64,000 nucleotides of DNA from Candidatus Omnitrophota bacterium (lineage in GTDB: Bacteria; Omnitrophota; Gorgyraeia; 1-14-0-20-64-10). The notes beneath the pieces are model-generated. The model was not told the DNA's origin. It worked only from the letters and a program-made list of their open reading frames with translations, and made no database searches. The stretch covers positions 148,159 through 212,158 of the forward strand of contig JAHFFE010000003.1 in assembly GCA_023248155.1 (NCBI GenBank). The letters are read 5' to 3'. The translations under genes and the position numbers were made by a program. Positions 18,419 through 27,056 of the stretch are shown piece by piece (the stretch's first letter is position 1; each line of letters begins with the position of its first letter).

Positions 18419-18688
18419 CTCGCTTCGCTGCGCGCGTGGCGGCAGAGGCCTCTCCCGCCCGCGTCACCCGAAGCGCCTGAGTGGGTAGAGGCGGATCGGG
18501 ATATGGGGCAAGTGGACCTTGGCGGAGGCCAAATCGAATTGTCTTTCGGCAAGGCCGCAGACAGAGCGACGGAATCGGTAGTCGATTCCGAGCGTGTCCA
18601 CGGCTCCCATGCCCGATCCGCCTCGTAAAACAGCTTGCCTGACGGAAGCGTAAAGAAGCGATGAGTGTTCACGGACCCGCTCCCGGAC
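18419..18688. repeat. Mosaic interspersed repeat, copy B (inverted relative to copy A; hairpin at 18571..18589; extra end modules 18631..18688)
   Basis: Reverse complement matches 10766..10966; the 3' extension shares 'ttgcctgacggaagcgt(a/g)aagaagc' and 'gtccgggagcgggtccgtgaac' with copy C. Confidence 0.8.
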
Positions 18689-18694
18689 TGCCTC

Positions 18695-18709
18695 TTGTCG
18701 TGCTATAAT
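18695..18709 (+). promoter_or_regulatory. Putative extended -10 promoter (TGcTATAAT) for thiG
   Basis: tgctataat at 18701..18709, 11 nt upstream of thiG ATG (leaderless or short leader). Confidence 0.3.
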
Positions 18710-18719
18710 ATTTTTTCAA

Positions 18720-19508
18720 ATGTCGATGAATTCCATGGATAAGCCATTGCAAATCGGATCTCACACGCTGCAGTCGCGGTTGATTCTGGGCACGGGGAAA
18801 TATCCCTCGCCCGAAATCATGCGGCAGGCGCTTGAAATTTCCGGCACGCAAATGGTGACCGTCGCGGTCCGACGTGTTGATCTGAAAAATCCGGAGAAAG
18901 ATCCGGTGCTTGGCTTTCTCGATACAAAACGGTACACGCTGCTGCCGAACACGGCCGGATGTTACACCGCGGAAGAGGCGATCCGCGTGGCGCGGCTGGG
19001 GAAAGCGGCCGGTTTTTCGAATCTGATCAAGCTGGAAGTGCTCGGCGACGAGAAAACGCTTCTGCCGGATACCGAAGCATTACTGGAAGCGACACGCATA
19101 TTAGTGAAGGAAGGTTTTTGCGTAATGCCCTATACCAACGATGATCCGATTGTCGCCAAAAAACTGGTTGAAGCGGGTGCTTGCTGCGTGATGCCGCTGG
19201 CCGCGCCGATCGGGTCCGGTCAGGGAATTTTAAATAGTCTGAATATTCGTTTTATTATGGAAACCGTCCGCGTTCCGGTAATTGTCGACGCGGGCGTGGG
19301 AACCGCCTCCGACGCCGCGATCGCGATGGAGTTGGGGGTGGATGGCATTTTAATGAACACGGCTGTAGCCGGAGCAAATGATCCCGTCTTAATGGCGCAT
19401 GCCATGAAACAGGCGGTTGAAAGCGGGCGGTCGGCCTATCGGGCCGGCCGGATACCGCGAAAAATATATGCCGCTCCGTCCAGTCCGGAAACAGGGAAGG
19501 TAGGATAA
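18720..19508 (+). CDS. thiG: Thiazole synthase
   Basis: '[19 protein letters not shown]', '[11 protein letters not shown]', '[14 protein letters not shown]' ThiG motifs. Confidence 0.88.
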   Translation: MSMNSMDKPLQIGSHTLQSRLILGTGKYPSPEIMRQALEISGTQMVTVAVRRVDLKNPEKDPVLGFLDTKRYTLLPNTAGCYTAEEAIRVARLGKAAGFSNLIKLEVLGDEKTLLPDTEALLEATRILVKEGFCVMPYTNDDPIVAKKLVEAGACCVMPLAAPIGSGQGILNSLNIRFIMETVRVPVIVDAGVGTASDAAIAMELGVDGILMNTAVAGANDPVLMAHAMKQAVESGRSAYRAGRIPRKIYAAPSSPETGKVG

Positions 19509-19513
19509 ATCCG

Positions 19514-20572
19514 ATGGCGCGTTCTTACAAAATTGCAGTATTAGCAGGCGATGGCACCGGTCCCGAGGTCGTCAAAGAAGGATTGAAGGTCCTTAGTGCG
19601 ATTTCCGAAAAAACCGGGTTCGATGTCGAGTTAATTCCATACGACCTCGGCGGGGAACGGTATTTGAAAACCGGTGAAACGGTGCCTGACTCAGTGCTGC
19701 AGGAACTCAAAACGATGTCGGCCATTTACCTGGGCGCGATCGGACACCCCGATGTGAAGCCGGGCATTCTTGAAAAAGGAATTCTGCTGAACCTGCGATT
19801 CCAGCTCGATCAGTACATCAACCTGCGCCCCGTGAAACTATTCCCCGGCGTATGGACGCCGCTGAAAGACAAGGGGCCCGAAGAAATTGATTTTGTCGTC
19901 GTGCGCGAAAATACCGAGGGCATTTACGCCGGCGTCGGCGGCACGTTCAAAAAAGGGACAGCCGACGAAGTGGCGATGCAGGTCGACCTTAACACCCGAA
20001 AAGGGGTTGAGCGGTGCATCCGCTATGCGTATGACTATACGAAGAAACGGAACGCCCGGAAAAAACTGACGCTCTGCGCAAAAACCAATGTGCTGACCTA
20101 TGCGCATGACCTCTGGGCGCGCGTTTTTGAAATCGTCGGCAAGGAACATCCGGAAATTTCACAGGATTATTCGCATGTCGACGCGCTCGTGATGTGGATG
20201 GTGAAATCCCCTGAATTTTTCGATGTAATCGTCACCAATAATATGTTCGGCGACATCATCACCGACCTGGGCGCCATGATTCAGGGCGGCCTTGGAATCG
20301 CCGCGGGCGGCAACATTAACCCGGCCGGCGTCTCCATGTTTGAACCGATCGGCGGATCAGCGCCCAAATATGCGGGCAAGGGTGTCATCAATCCGCTGGC
20401 GGCCATCTGCGCGGTAGGAATGCTTCTGGATCATCTGGGAGAAGCGGCCGCAGCTCAGAAAGTGGAAGAGGCCGTCAAAGTGGTCACCGGAACCAAGCTC
20501 AAGAGTCTGGCCGCCGGAAAAATGGGTTACTCCACCAGCGAAGTCGGCGATCTGGTCGTAGCCGCTCTCTAA
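19514..20572 (+). CDS. 3-isopropylmalate / tartrate dehydrogenase family enzyme (LeuB/TtuC-like)
   Basis: 'IAVLAGDGTGPEV', 'NLRP', 'LCAKTNVL', 'VTNNMFGDIITDL', 'GGSAPKYAGKG' isocitrate/isopropylmalate dehydrogenase family motifs. Confidence 0.7.
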   Translation: MARSYKIAVLAGDGTGPEVVKEGLKVLSAISEKTGFDVELIPYDLGGERYLKTGETVPDSVLQELKTMSAIYLGAIGHPDVKPGILEKGILLNLRFQLDQYINLRPVKLFPGVWTPLKDKGPEEIDFVVVRENTEGIYAGVGGTFKKGTADEVAMQVDLNTRKGVERCIRYAYDYTKKRNARKKLTLCAKTNVLTYAHDLWARVFEIVGKEHPEISQDYSHVDALVMWMVKSPEFFDVIVTNNMFGDIITDLGAMIQGGLGIAAGGNINPAGVSMFEPIGGSAPKYAGKGVINPLAAICAVGMLLDHLGEAAAAQKVEEAVKVVTGTKLKSLAAGKMGYSTSEVGDLVVAAL

Positions 20573-20579
20573 AGGTCCT

Positions 20580-21590
20580 ATGCTGAAGAAAAAAGAATCC
20601 TATAATGTCTGCGTCGTCGGCGCAGGCGCCGTCGGCGTGGAACTGTTGCGCGTTTTAAAACAGCGCAAGTTTCCGGCGGCGCGCCTGACGGTGCTGGCTC
20701 GCTCAGACCGGACCCTGACCGTGGATGGGGAATCTTATCCGGTGAAATCCGTTTCACCGGAGGCGTTCGACGGGCAGGAAATCGTGCTGTTTGCCGGGAC
20801 CGAAGGCGATAAGGGTGCCGCTGTCACTTACGCCAAAGAAGCAATCGCGCGCGGCGCCGTCTGCATCGATAACGGCGCCGATTTCCGCATGGATCCGGCG
20901 GTACCGCTGGTCGTTCCCGAAGTGAACGCCGCCGCGCTTAAACAGCATACCGGTTTAATCGCCAATCCGAATTGCTCAACGATCCAGATGGTCGTCGCGC
21001 TCGGCCCGATCCATCGCGAATTCAAAATCAAACGGATCATCGTTTCCACTTATCAAGCCGCGTCCGGCGCAGGCAGCAAGGCGCTGGAGTCGCTGCAAAA
21101 CGAGACGGCCGCTTTTATTCAAAAACAGCCGCTCCCGAAACCGGAAGCGATGCCGCAGCGGATCGCGTTTAATGTTTTTCCACAGATCGGCAGCTTTGCG
21201 GAACTCGGCTACACCAGCGAAGAATGGAAGATGGTGAAGGAAACCCATAAAATTCTGGGCGATTCTTCCATCGCCGTGAATGCGACGACGGTCCGCGTGC
21301 CTGTATTCGATTCACACTCCGAATCGGTCTACATCGAAACCGGGAAACCATCGTCGCTGGATAAAATCCGGTCGCTGCTCAAGCAGAGCCCCGGCATTCT
21401 GCTTTCCGACGACCCGGCCTATCCGATGCCGGTCGATGCCGCTCATCGCGACGAAGTATTCGTCGGCCGCTTGCGAAAAGATCCGGTGATTGCCAACGCC
21501 TACTCCCTATGGATCGTCTCCGATAATCTGCGCAAGGGCGCCGCGCTCAACGCGGTCCAGATTGCCGAAACGCTAATCCAAAACGCGTGA
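20580..21590 (+). CDS. asd: Aspartate-semialdehyde dehydrogenase
   Basis: 'VCVVGAGAVG', active-site 'IANPNCSTIQMVVAL', 'VSTYQAASGAG'. Confidence 0.88.
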   Translation: MLKKKESYNVCVVGAGAVGVELLRVLKQRKFPAARLTVLARSDRTLTVDGESYPVKSVSPEAFDGQEIVLFAGTEGDKGAAVTYAKEAIARGAVCIDNGADFRMDPAVPLVVPEVNAAALKQHTGLIANPNCSTIQMVVALGPIHREFKIKRIIVSTYQAASGAGSKALESLQNETAAFIQKQPLPKPEAMPQRIAFNVFPQIGSFAELGYTSEEWKMVKETHKILGDSSIAVNATTVRVPVFDSHSESVYIETGKPSSLDKIRSLLKQSPGILLSDDPAYPMPVDAAHRDEVFVGRLRKDPVIANAYSLWIVSDNLRKGAALNAVQIAETLIQNA

Positions 21591-22327
21591 CCCGCCGCAT
21601 CCGCCTTGATATTGCTTATGAAGGCACCTCATTTGCCGGCTGGCAGCGCCAGAAAAACGGCCTTTCCGTCCAGCAGGTCATTGAGGAATCGCTCGCGAAA
21701 ATTACTCAGGAAAAGGTGACGCTGGCCGGCGCCGGCCGGACCGACAGCGGCGTCCATGCTGAAGGACAGATCGCGCATACGATCATTCATTCACCGATGC
21801 CGCTGCCATTACTGCAGAAAGCGCTTAACGCAACGCTTCCCGAAACAATTCTTATTCGTTCGCTGCGTAAAGTCCCCGACAGTTTTCACGCTCGTTTCGG
21901 CGCAAAATCAAAGTGGTACCGCTATACGATCTGGAATTCAAATATCCGTCCGCTCGCAGAGCGCCAGCGCGTGCGCTGGGTTTACCAACGGCTCGATCTG
22001 CGCGCGATGCGGCAGGCCGCCCGGATGCTGCAGGGCAGGCATGATTTCAAACCGTTCCAATCGGCCGGCAGCAGGGATGTCGGCTCCACAACCCGAAACC
22101 TGTTTCAGCTGACAATTCGGAAAAATGGCACGATCCTCTGGATCGACGCCAAAGCCGACGGCTTCCTCTATCATATGGTGCGCCGCATCTCCGGCCTGCT
22201 GATCGAAATCGGAAAAGGGAAATTGCCGCCCGAAGAAGCGCGAAAAATCCTGCGCGGCCGGTCCAAATTCATCGTCCCCTCAGCACCCGCGCAAGGGCTC
22301 TGCCTGATGCGCGTTTCCTACCGCTAA
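21587..22327 (+). CDS. truA: tRNA pseudouridine(38-40) synthase TruA
   Basis: 'IRLDIAYEGTSFAGWQRQ', 'AGRTDSGVHAEGQ' catalytic Asp motif; GTGA overlap start. Confidence 0.88.
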   Translation: MTRRIRLDIAYEGTSFAGWQRQKNGLSVQQVIEESLAKITQEKVTLAGAGRTDSGVHAEGQIAHTIIHSPMPLPLLQKALNATLPETILIRSLRKVPDSFHARFGAKSKWYRYTIWNSNIRPLAERQRVRWVYQRLDLRAMRQAARMLQGRHDFKPFQSAGSRDVGSTTRNLFQLTIRKNGTILWIDAKADGFLYHMVRRISGLLIEIGKGKLPPEEARKILRGRSKFIVPSAPAQGLCLMRVSYR

Positions 22328-22336
22328 AAATATTTA

Positions 22337-22380
22337 TTGACAAATCCGCCCTCCTTATCAATAATGATACTCAATCTCAA
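22337..22380 (+). promoter_or_regulatory. Promoter (TTGACA -17- AATAAT) with overlapping Fur/Zur-box-like operator 'ATAATGATACTCAATCTC'
   Basis: TTGACA at 22337..22342; 'ataatgata' at 22361..22369 is identical to one half of the classical Fur box GATAATGATAATCATTATC; lies directly upstream of the Fur-family gene, so autoregulation is likely. Confidence 0.5.
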
Positions 22381-22397
22381 TTTCAATAGGAGCCTCA

Positions 22398-22913
22398 ATG
22401 ATTCGATTAAGAAAAGATGCTGAAGTCACACTGTTCCCGAGCCATGCCCAGAAGCCGGCTGACTTCCAACATTGGCTGGGATCGCTTCGTGGACGGTTCG
22501 AGGACTATTTAACGAAGCAAGGGCTGAACCTGACCAAACAGCGCGAAACGATCCTGCACTGCCTGACCGAAGCCGACCAGCATTTGACGGCCGAACAGAT
22601 CTACGATCAGGTTAAAAAGAAAGACGCCTCCATTGGCCGCGCCACCGTGTTTCGAACCATCAAACTGCTGCAGGAGTGCGGCCTGGTCGATGAAATCGCC
22701 TCCCTGCGGGGCAGCGCGAAATTCGAACTGAAAGCCGACCGCCCGCACCACGATCACATGATCTGCGTTGAATGCGGGCGAATCCTGGAGTTTCAGAGTC
22801 CGATGATGGAAAAATTTCAGGATGAGGCGATCCGTAAACAGGGATTCACGGCGCTCTGGCATCGCCACGAAATTTTCGGGCGCTGTAAATTATGCCAAAA
22901 GCAGCGATCCTGA
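22398..22913 (+). CDS. Fur-family metalloregulator (Fur/Zur-type)
   Basis: wHTH region, 'HHDHMICVECG...F' and C-terminal 'CKLC' (two CxxC pairs) typical of Fur/Zur. Confidence 0.8.
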   Translation: MIRLRKDAEVTLFPSHAQKPADFQHWLGSLRGRFEDYLTKQGLNLTKQRETILHCLTEADQHLTAEQIYDQVKKKDASIGRATVFRTIKLLQECGLVDEIASLRGSAKFELKADRPHHDHMICVECGRILEFQSPMMEKFQDEAIRKQGFTALWHRHEIFGRCKLCQKQRS

Positions 22914-23167
22914 TGCGCACCCGAACCCTGTTGCTTCTGGGAATCCTTATCCTGGGTGGCTGCGCATACAAAAAGACAACGCTCTGCGCAATGCCAACCG
23001 GCCCCAATGATCAAATCTGTAAACACTGCAACTGCTTAATGCCGGCAGGGATTCCCCCAGACCAGATTTGCCCGGTCTGCGATTGCAAAAAAGTAGCAGC
23101 TCAATGTTATCGAATCAAGAAACAACAGAAAACCAGTAAAACAAACAACGCAAAGGATCCGGTTTAA
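22892..23167 (+). CDS. Small Cys-rich lipoprotein (putative periplasmic metal-binding); alternative coupled start at 22913 (TGATG overlap)
   Basis: Signal peptide 'MRTRTLLLLGILILGG-C' with lipobox; duplicated 'DQIC-x2-C-x-C' motifs (CKHCNC / CPVCDC); Lys-rich tail. Confidence 0.6.
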   Translation: MPKAAILMRTRTLLLLGILILGGCAYKKTTLCAMPTGPNDQICKHCNCLMPAGIPPDQICPVCDCKKVAAQCYRIKKQQKTSKTNNAKDPV

Positions 23168-23168
23168 A

Positions 23169-23924
23169 ATGAAAATGAATTGGTGGATGGTTTCTTTGGT
23201 AATGGCGGCGGTTATTGTCGGACAAACGCCGGCGGCATCGGCGCATATGCGGGATTACTTGGTCAACGAGGGATACTACACCGCCAAGAAGGGCGAGGTT
23301 GAGTTTGAACTGCACACCGACTACAACATGCCCGAGCCTGACCAAGACAGCACTCATAACATCAAACAGCAGTATGAACTGGAATATGGCCTGACCAATC
23401 ATCTGCAGCTGGCTTATTACGAAGTCGCCACCTGGAATCGGCAAAACGATTTTCAGAGGGATTCGCTTAAGGTTGAAACCAAGTACCGTTTTGTCGAAAG
23501 CGGCGAATGGCCCGTTGACCTGGCGCTCTACGCCGAATACAAAAACCCGAACGGCAGAGACGAAACGGCCAGTGACGAAATGGAAGGCAAGCTGATTCTG
23601 GCGAAAAATTTCGGCCGGTGGAGCGCTGTGTTCAACTGGGTGATGGAACGAAAAATCGGCGAACATGAATCGTGGCAGATGGAATACACGGCAGGCGGCG
23701 GATATATCGTTAATCCGAAGCTGCGGTTTAATCTTGAAGTGAAGGAAACGCTCGGTGATGTTCATGAATTCGGCATCCGCCGCAAAGCACACGAGCTGCA
23801 ATTGATCCCCTCCATCGGATTTAATCCGACTGCCAACAGCCGCGTATTGATCGGACCGGCGATCGGACTGACGCATGCCACGGATGATTTACAAATCAAA
23901 AGCATTGTCTCGGTGGAATTTTAA
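23169..23924 (+). CDS. Small outer-membrane beta-barrel protein, unknown function
   Basis: Sec signal peptide (...PAASA|HM), alternating amphipathic strands rich in Y/E/N, C-terminal '...VSVEF' (terminal Phe) OMP signature. Confidence 0.55.
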   Translation: MKMNWWMVSLVMAAVIVGQTPAASAHMRDYLVNEGYYTAKKGEVEFELHTDYNMPEPDQDSTHNIKQQYELEYGLTNHLQLAYYEVATWNRQNDFQRDSLKVETKYRFVESGEWPVDLALYAEYKNPNGRDETASDEMEGKLILAKNFGRWSAVFNWVMERKIGEHESWQMEYTAGGGYIVNPKLRFNLEVKETLGDVHEFGIRRKAHELQLIPSIGFNPTANSRVLIGPAIGLTHATDDLQIKSIVSVEF

Positions 23925-23927
23925 TCC

Positions 23928-25064
23928 ATGCTGAACTCTTTACTAAACGCGCCCTGGGCGCTTGGTCTGTTTGCCGGAGCTACCATTTTCCTGGGGCTTC
24001 CGATCGCGAAAATCCGTACGCTGTCGCCGAAAGTCAAAGCGTTCTTAAACGCCGTTTCCACGGGAATCCTGATTTTTCTTCTGGTTGAAATCACGGGCCA
24101 CGTGATCGAACAGATCGAAGAGATGGTAGAGACCTGGGCAACCGGATCGGGAGGATCGGCATGGGTCGTTGGGCAGTATGCCGGATTGTTCGTCGCCGGA
24201 TTCTCGCTCGGTTTGCTGGGCCTTATCTTTTTTGAGGAACGGTTTCTCGGTTCCGCCAAAGATGAAACGGTTGATCCCGGCGTGCGCGCCAAAAATTTAT
24301 CGCTGTTGATCGCCGTCGGACTGGGACTGCATAACCTCAGCGAAGGCCTGGCGATCGGGCAGGGGTATGCCGGCGGCGCGGTCAGCCTGGCCTGGATGCT
24401 GGCAATCGGATTCGCGCTGCATAACGCCACCGAGGGATTCGGCGTCGCGGCGCCGATGTCGGGACACCCGGTCAGCTGGAAATTTCTCGCTCTATGCGGC
24501 ATCATCGGCGGAGGCCCAACCTTTATCGGCGCAGCCATCGGCAGCTGGTGGGTCAACAAATCGGTGGAGATTTTCTGCCTCGCGCTGGCAAGCGGCACCA
24601 TCCTCTATATCATCGGCGAACTGCTGCATATCGGGCGCCAGATTAAAGGCGAAAAACTGGTTTCGATCGGACTGCTGATCGGTTTCTTCATCGCGATGGG
24701 AACCGACCTCTCGCTTTCCGCCGCGCATGAGGTGGCGGTGGTGCATGGCCCGCGGCATGGCGGCTATTTCGGAGATGCCAACGACTTGTACCATTATGAA
24801 ATTGTCCGAACAACGGAAAATGAAGTGGCGCTCTACGTGAACGACCATTACAACCAGCCGATGGATACGCGGACCGTCAGCGCGCGCTGGATTTTAAATC
24901 CGGGAGAAGCGGGCACCTTGACCGGATTTTTCACGCCGACAGCCGGCGGATCCCGTCTGACCGCCATGCTTCCGGCATCCCGAACCAAGGGTCCCCTGCA
25001 CATTACCGTATCGGTGCTGAAAGGGGATCAGTGGGCCGACATGGAGTTTTATCTTCCGGAATAA
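23928..25064 (+). CDS. ZIP-family (ZupT-like) metal transporter with about 115 aa His/Asp-rich C-terminal extension
   Basis: 'GLHNLSEGLAIG' and 'ALHNATEGFGVAAP' ZIP metal-binding helices; 8 TM; extra soluble C-terminal domain (nt about 24700..25061). Confidence 0.8.
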   Translation: MLNSLLNAPWALGLFAGATIFLGLPIAKIRTLSPKVKAFLNAVSTGILIFLLVEITGHVIEQIEEMVETWATGSGGSAWVVGQYAGLFVAGFSLGLLGLIFFEERFLGSAKDETVDPGVRAKNLSLLIAVGLGLHNLSEGLAIGQGYAGGAVSLAWMLAIGFALHNATEGFGVAAPMSGHPVSWKFLALCGIIGGGPTFIGAAIGSWWVNKSVEIFCLALASGTILYIIGELLHIGRQIKGEKLVSIGLLIGFFIAMGTDLSLSAAHEVAVVHGPRHGGYFGDANDLYHYEIVRTTENEVALYVNDHYNQPMDTRTVSARWILNPGEAGTLTGFFTPTAGGSRLTAMLPASRTKGPLHITVSVLKGDQWADMEFYLPE

Positions 25065-25067
25065 CGC

Positions 25068-25095
25068 TTGATTTTAGGTCTCCTTTTGCTATAAT
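25068..25095 (+). promoter_or_regulatory. Sigma70-type promoter for rplM-rpsI (TTGATT -16- TATAAT)
   Basis: Hexamers at 25068..25073 and 25090..25095; a second TATAAT-like box at 25113..25118. Confidence 0.45.
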
Positions 25096-25122
25096 TACTG
25101 TTTCCACAGGGATATAATAAAA

Positions 25123-25557
25123 ATGACTAAAACATACATGGCAAAGAGTTCGGAAGTGACGCGCAAGTGGCATCTCATTGATGCGGACGGGCAGATTCTC
25201 GGCCGCCTGGCCGTCAAAGTGGCGGATATTCTGCGCGGTAAGAACAAAACAATCTTTACGCCGCATGTTGATTGCGGTGACGGCGTTATCATCATCAACG
25301 CCGAAAAAATCAAGGTTACCGGCACCAAGCTGACTGAGAAGAAGTATCAGCGGTATTCCGGTTACCCGAGCGGCCGCAAAGAAGAATCACTGGAACGGCT
25401 TTTGGATCGGCGGCCGACCGCGGTATTTGAAAAAGCGGTCAAGGGTATGCTCCCGAAAAATTCTCTCGGAAGAGAAGTCTACCGGCGCTTGAAAGTTTAT
25501 GCGGGTCCGAAGCATCCGCACGCCGGACAAATGGCAGAGGCAACTAAAAAATCATGA
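25123..25557 (+). CDS. rplM: 50S ribosomal protein L13
   Basis: 'WHLIDA.GQ.LGRLA..VA..LRGK' L13 N-terminus. Confidence 0.92.
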   Translation: MTKTYMAKSSEVTRKWHLIDADGQILGRLAVKVADILRGKNKTIFTPHVDCGDGVIIINAEKIKVTGTKLTEKKYQRYSGYPSGRKEESLERLLDRRPTAVFEKAVKGMLPKNSLGREVYRRLKVYAGPKHPHAGQMAEATKKS

Positions 25558-25931
25558 TTAAAACAGGACGGAGAAAAGAAGCGGTCGCCCAGGTTATCTT
25601 AAAACCGGGCAAGGGCCGCATTCTGGTCAACGGCCGGACGATGGAAACCTATTTTCCGCGGCTCTCGCTGCAAGTCGTCATCCGGGAACCGTTGGTCTTG
25701 ACCCAGTCATTGGAAAAATTCGATTGTTACGCCAAAGTGAATGGCGGCGGCATCGCCGGACAAGCCGGTGCTCTGCGGCAGTCATTGGCGCGGGCGCTCA
25801 CGGCCGAAGATGAAACGCTGCGGTCTCCGCTGCGGAAGAGCGGCATGCTGACCCGGGATTCACGGACTCGCGAACGGAAAAAATACGGACAAAAGGGAGC
25901 CCGAAAACGGTTCCAGTGGACCAAGCGTTAA
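25554..25931 (+). CDS. rpsI: 30S ribosomal protein S9
   Basis: 'GRRKEAVAQV', C-terminal 'GARKRFQWTKR'. Confidence 0.92.
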   Translation: MIKTGRRKEAVAQVILKPGKGRILVNGRTMETYFPRLSLQVVIREPLVLTQSLEKFDCYAKVNGGGIAGQAGALRQSLARALTAEDETLRSPLRKSGMLTRDSRTRERKKYGQKGARKRFQWTKR

Positions 25932-25944
25932 GCTTGGACTTTTT

Positions 25945-26000
25945 AGACCTATTCTCTTTGTTGTTTGCTTTTTAAACACGGGAGAATAGGTCTCTTTATT
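25945..26000 (+). terminator. Putative terminator/attenuator hairpin after rpsI (12-bp stem agacctattctc/gagaataggtct, large loop, then CTTTATTT)
   Basis: Perfect 12-bp inverted repeat at 25945..25956 / 25982..25993 followed by a T-rich run; a smaller hairpin ccaagc-gtta-gcttgg + ACTTTTT sits at 25921..25947. Confidence 0.35.
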
Positions 26001-26006
26001 TCCCCT

Positions 26007-27056
26007 ATGGAATACTCCGTTGGAATTATAGGTGTGACCGGTTATACCGGGCAGGAGCTGCTTCGGATTCTTCGGCGGCATCCGTCGGTATCGATCGGGT
26101 ACCTGGCCAGCCGGCGATTGAGCAAGCCGGAGCCGGTTGGAAAATTACTGCCCGAATTCCGGGCAGACCGCAAACTCCTCATTGAACCGTACGATCCTTC
26201 AAAAATTGCCGGGCGATGCGACCTCGTTTTTCTGGCGCTGCCGCACGGCGAAGCGATGAAACTGGCCCCGATCCTTTTGAAAAAATCAGGGCTCAGCGTT
26301 ATCGATTTAAGCGGTGATTTCCGGATCAAGGACAAAACCGTTTTCCGGAAAGCGTACGGATTCGCGCAGTCCGATGCGCAGGGATTAAAATCATCCGCGT
26401 ATGGTTTAACCGAACTGTTCCGGGAATCGATCCGGAACGCGCGGTTGATCGCCAACCCCGGCTGTTATCCAACCGCTTCGTTATTGGCGCTGGCGCCGCT
26501 GGCGCAGCAAAAACTGCTGCCGGCCGAGGGCGTAATCATCGATGCCAAGTCGGGCGTGAGCGGCGCCGGACGATCGGCCAAGGATGATCTGCAGTTCTGC
26601 GAAGTGAATGAAGATATGCGCGCCTACAAAGTCGGCACGCATCAGCATACGCCGGAAATGGAACAGGCGCTCGGCTGGATCAGCAAGAAAAAAACTACGC
26701 TGACTTTCACGCCGCATCTGGTTCCGCTTAATCGCGGAATGTATGTCACGGCCTACGTTCCGCTGGCGAAGAAAATATCGTTTGCCGCCGTTTCCGAACT
26801 GTACAACTCTTTTTATGACGACGAACCGTTTGTCCGGATTCTTCCGGAAGGGGTCTGGCCGCAGGTCAAGACCGTAGCCGGAACCAACGACTGCGAAATC
26901 GGACTTTATCTCGATCCGTCCGGAAAACGGCTGACGGTTCTTTCGGCGATCGACAACCTGGGCAAAGGGGCTTCAGGGCAGGCGGTCCAGAATATGAATC
27001 TGCTGTTTGGGCTTCCCGAAACCACCGGGATCCGCATCGGCCATGAAGGGCAATAA
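26007..27056 (+). CDS. argC: N-acetyl-gamma-glutamyl-phosphate reductase
   Basis: 'VGIIGVTGYTGQELLRIL', catalytic 'ANPGCYPTA'; ATG at 26007 preferred over 25965. Confidence 0.9.
   Translation: MEYSVGIIGVTGYTGQELLRILRRHPSVSIGYLASRRLSKPEPVGKLLPEFRADRKLLIEPYDPSKIAGRCDLVFLALPHGEAMKLAPILLKKSGLSVIDLSGDFRIKDKTVFRKAYGFAQSDAQGLKSSAYGLTELFRESIRNARLIANPGCYPTASLLALAPLAQQKLLPAEGVIIDAKSGVSGAGRSAKDDLQFCEVNEDMRAYKVGTHQHTPEMEQALGWISKKKTTLTFTPHLVPLNRGMYVTAYVPLAKKISFAAVSELYNSFYDDEPFVRILPEGVWPQVKTVAGTNDCEIGLYLDPSGKRLTVLSAIDNLGKGASGQAVQNMNLLFGLPETTGIRIGHEGQ

Noticed and set aside
10766-18688. Composite transposon / genomic island bounded by inverted repeats
   Set aside because: Interior genes are universal housekeeping genes (def, fmt, gap, pgk, tpiA, secG). 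There is no transposase, integrase or target-site duplication, and a third rearranged copy elsewhere indicates a dispersed repeat family instead.
18690-18720. TPP riboswitch upstream of thiG
   Set aside because: Only about 20 nt separate the putative promoter from the start codon. No THI-box consensus was seen, and the rest of the upstream region is occupied by the mosaic repeat.
23115-24601. Minus-strand ORFs of 253 and 226 aa
   Set aside because: Antisense to the OM barrel and ZIP transporter genes; they lack motifs and have low-complexity Pro/Arg-rich sequence.
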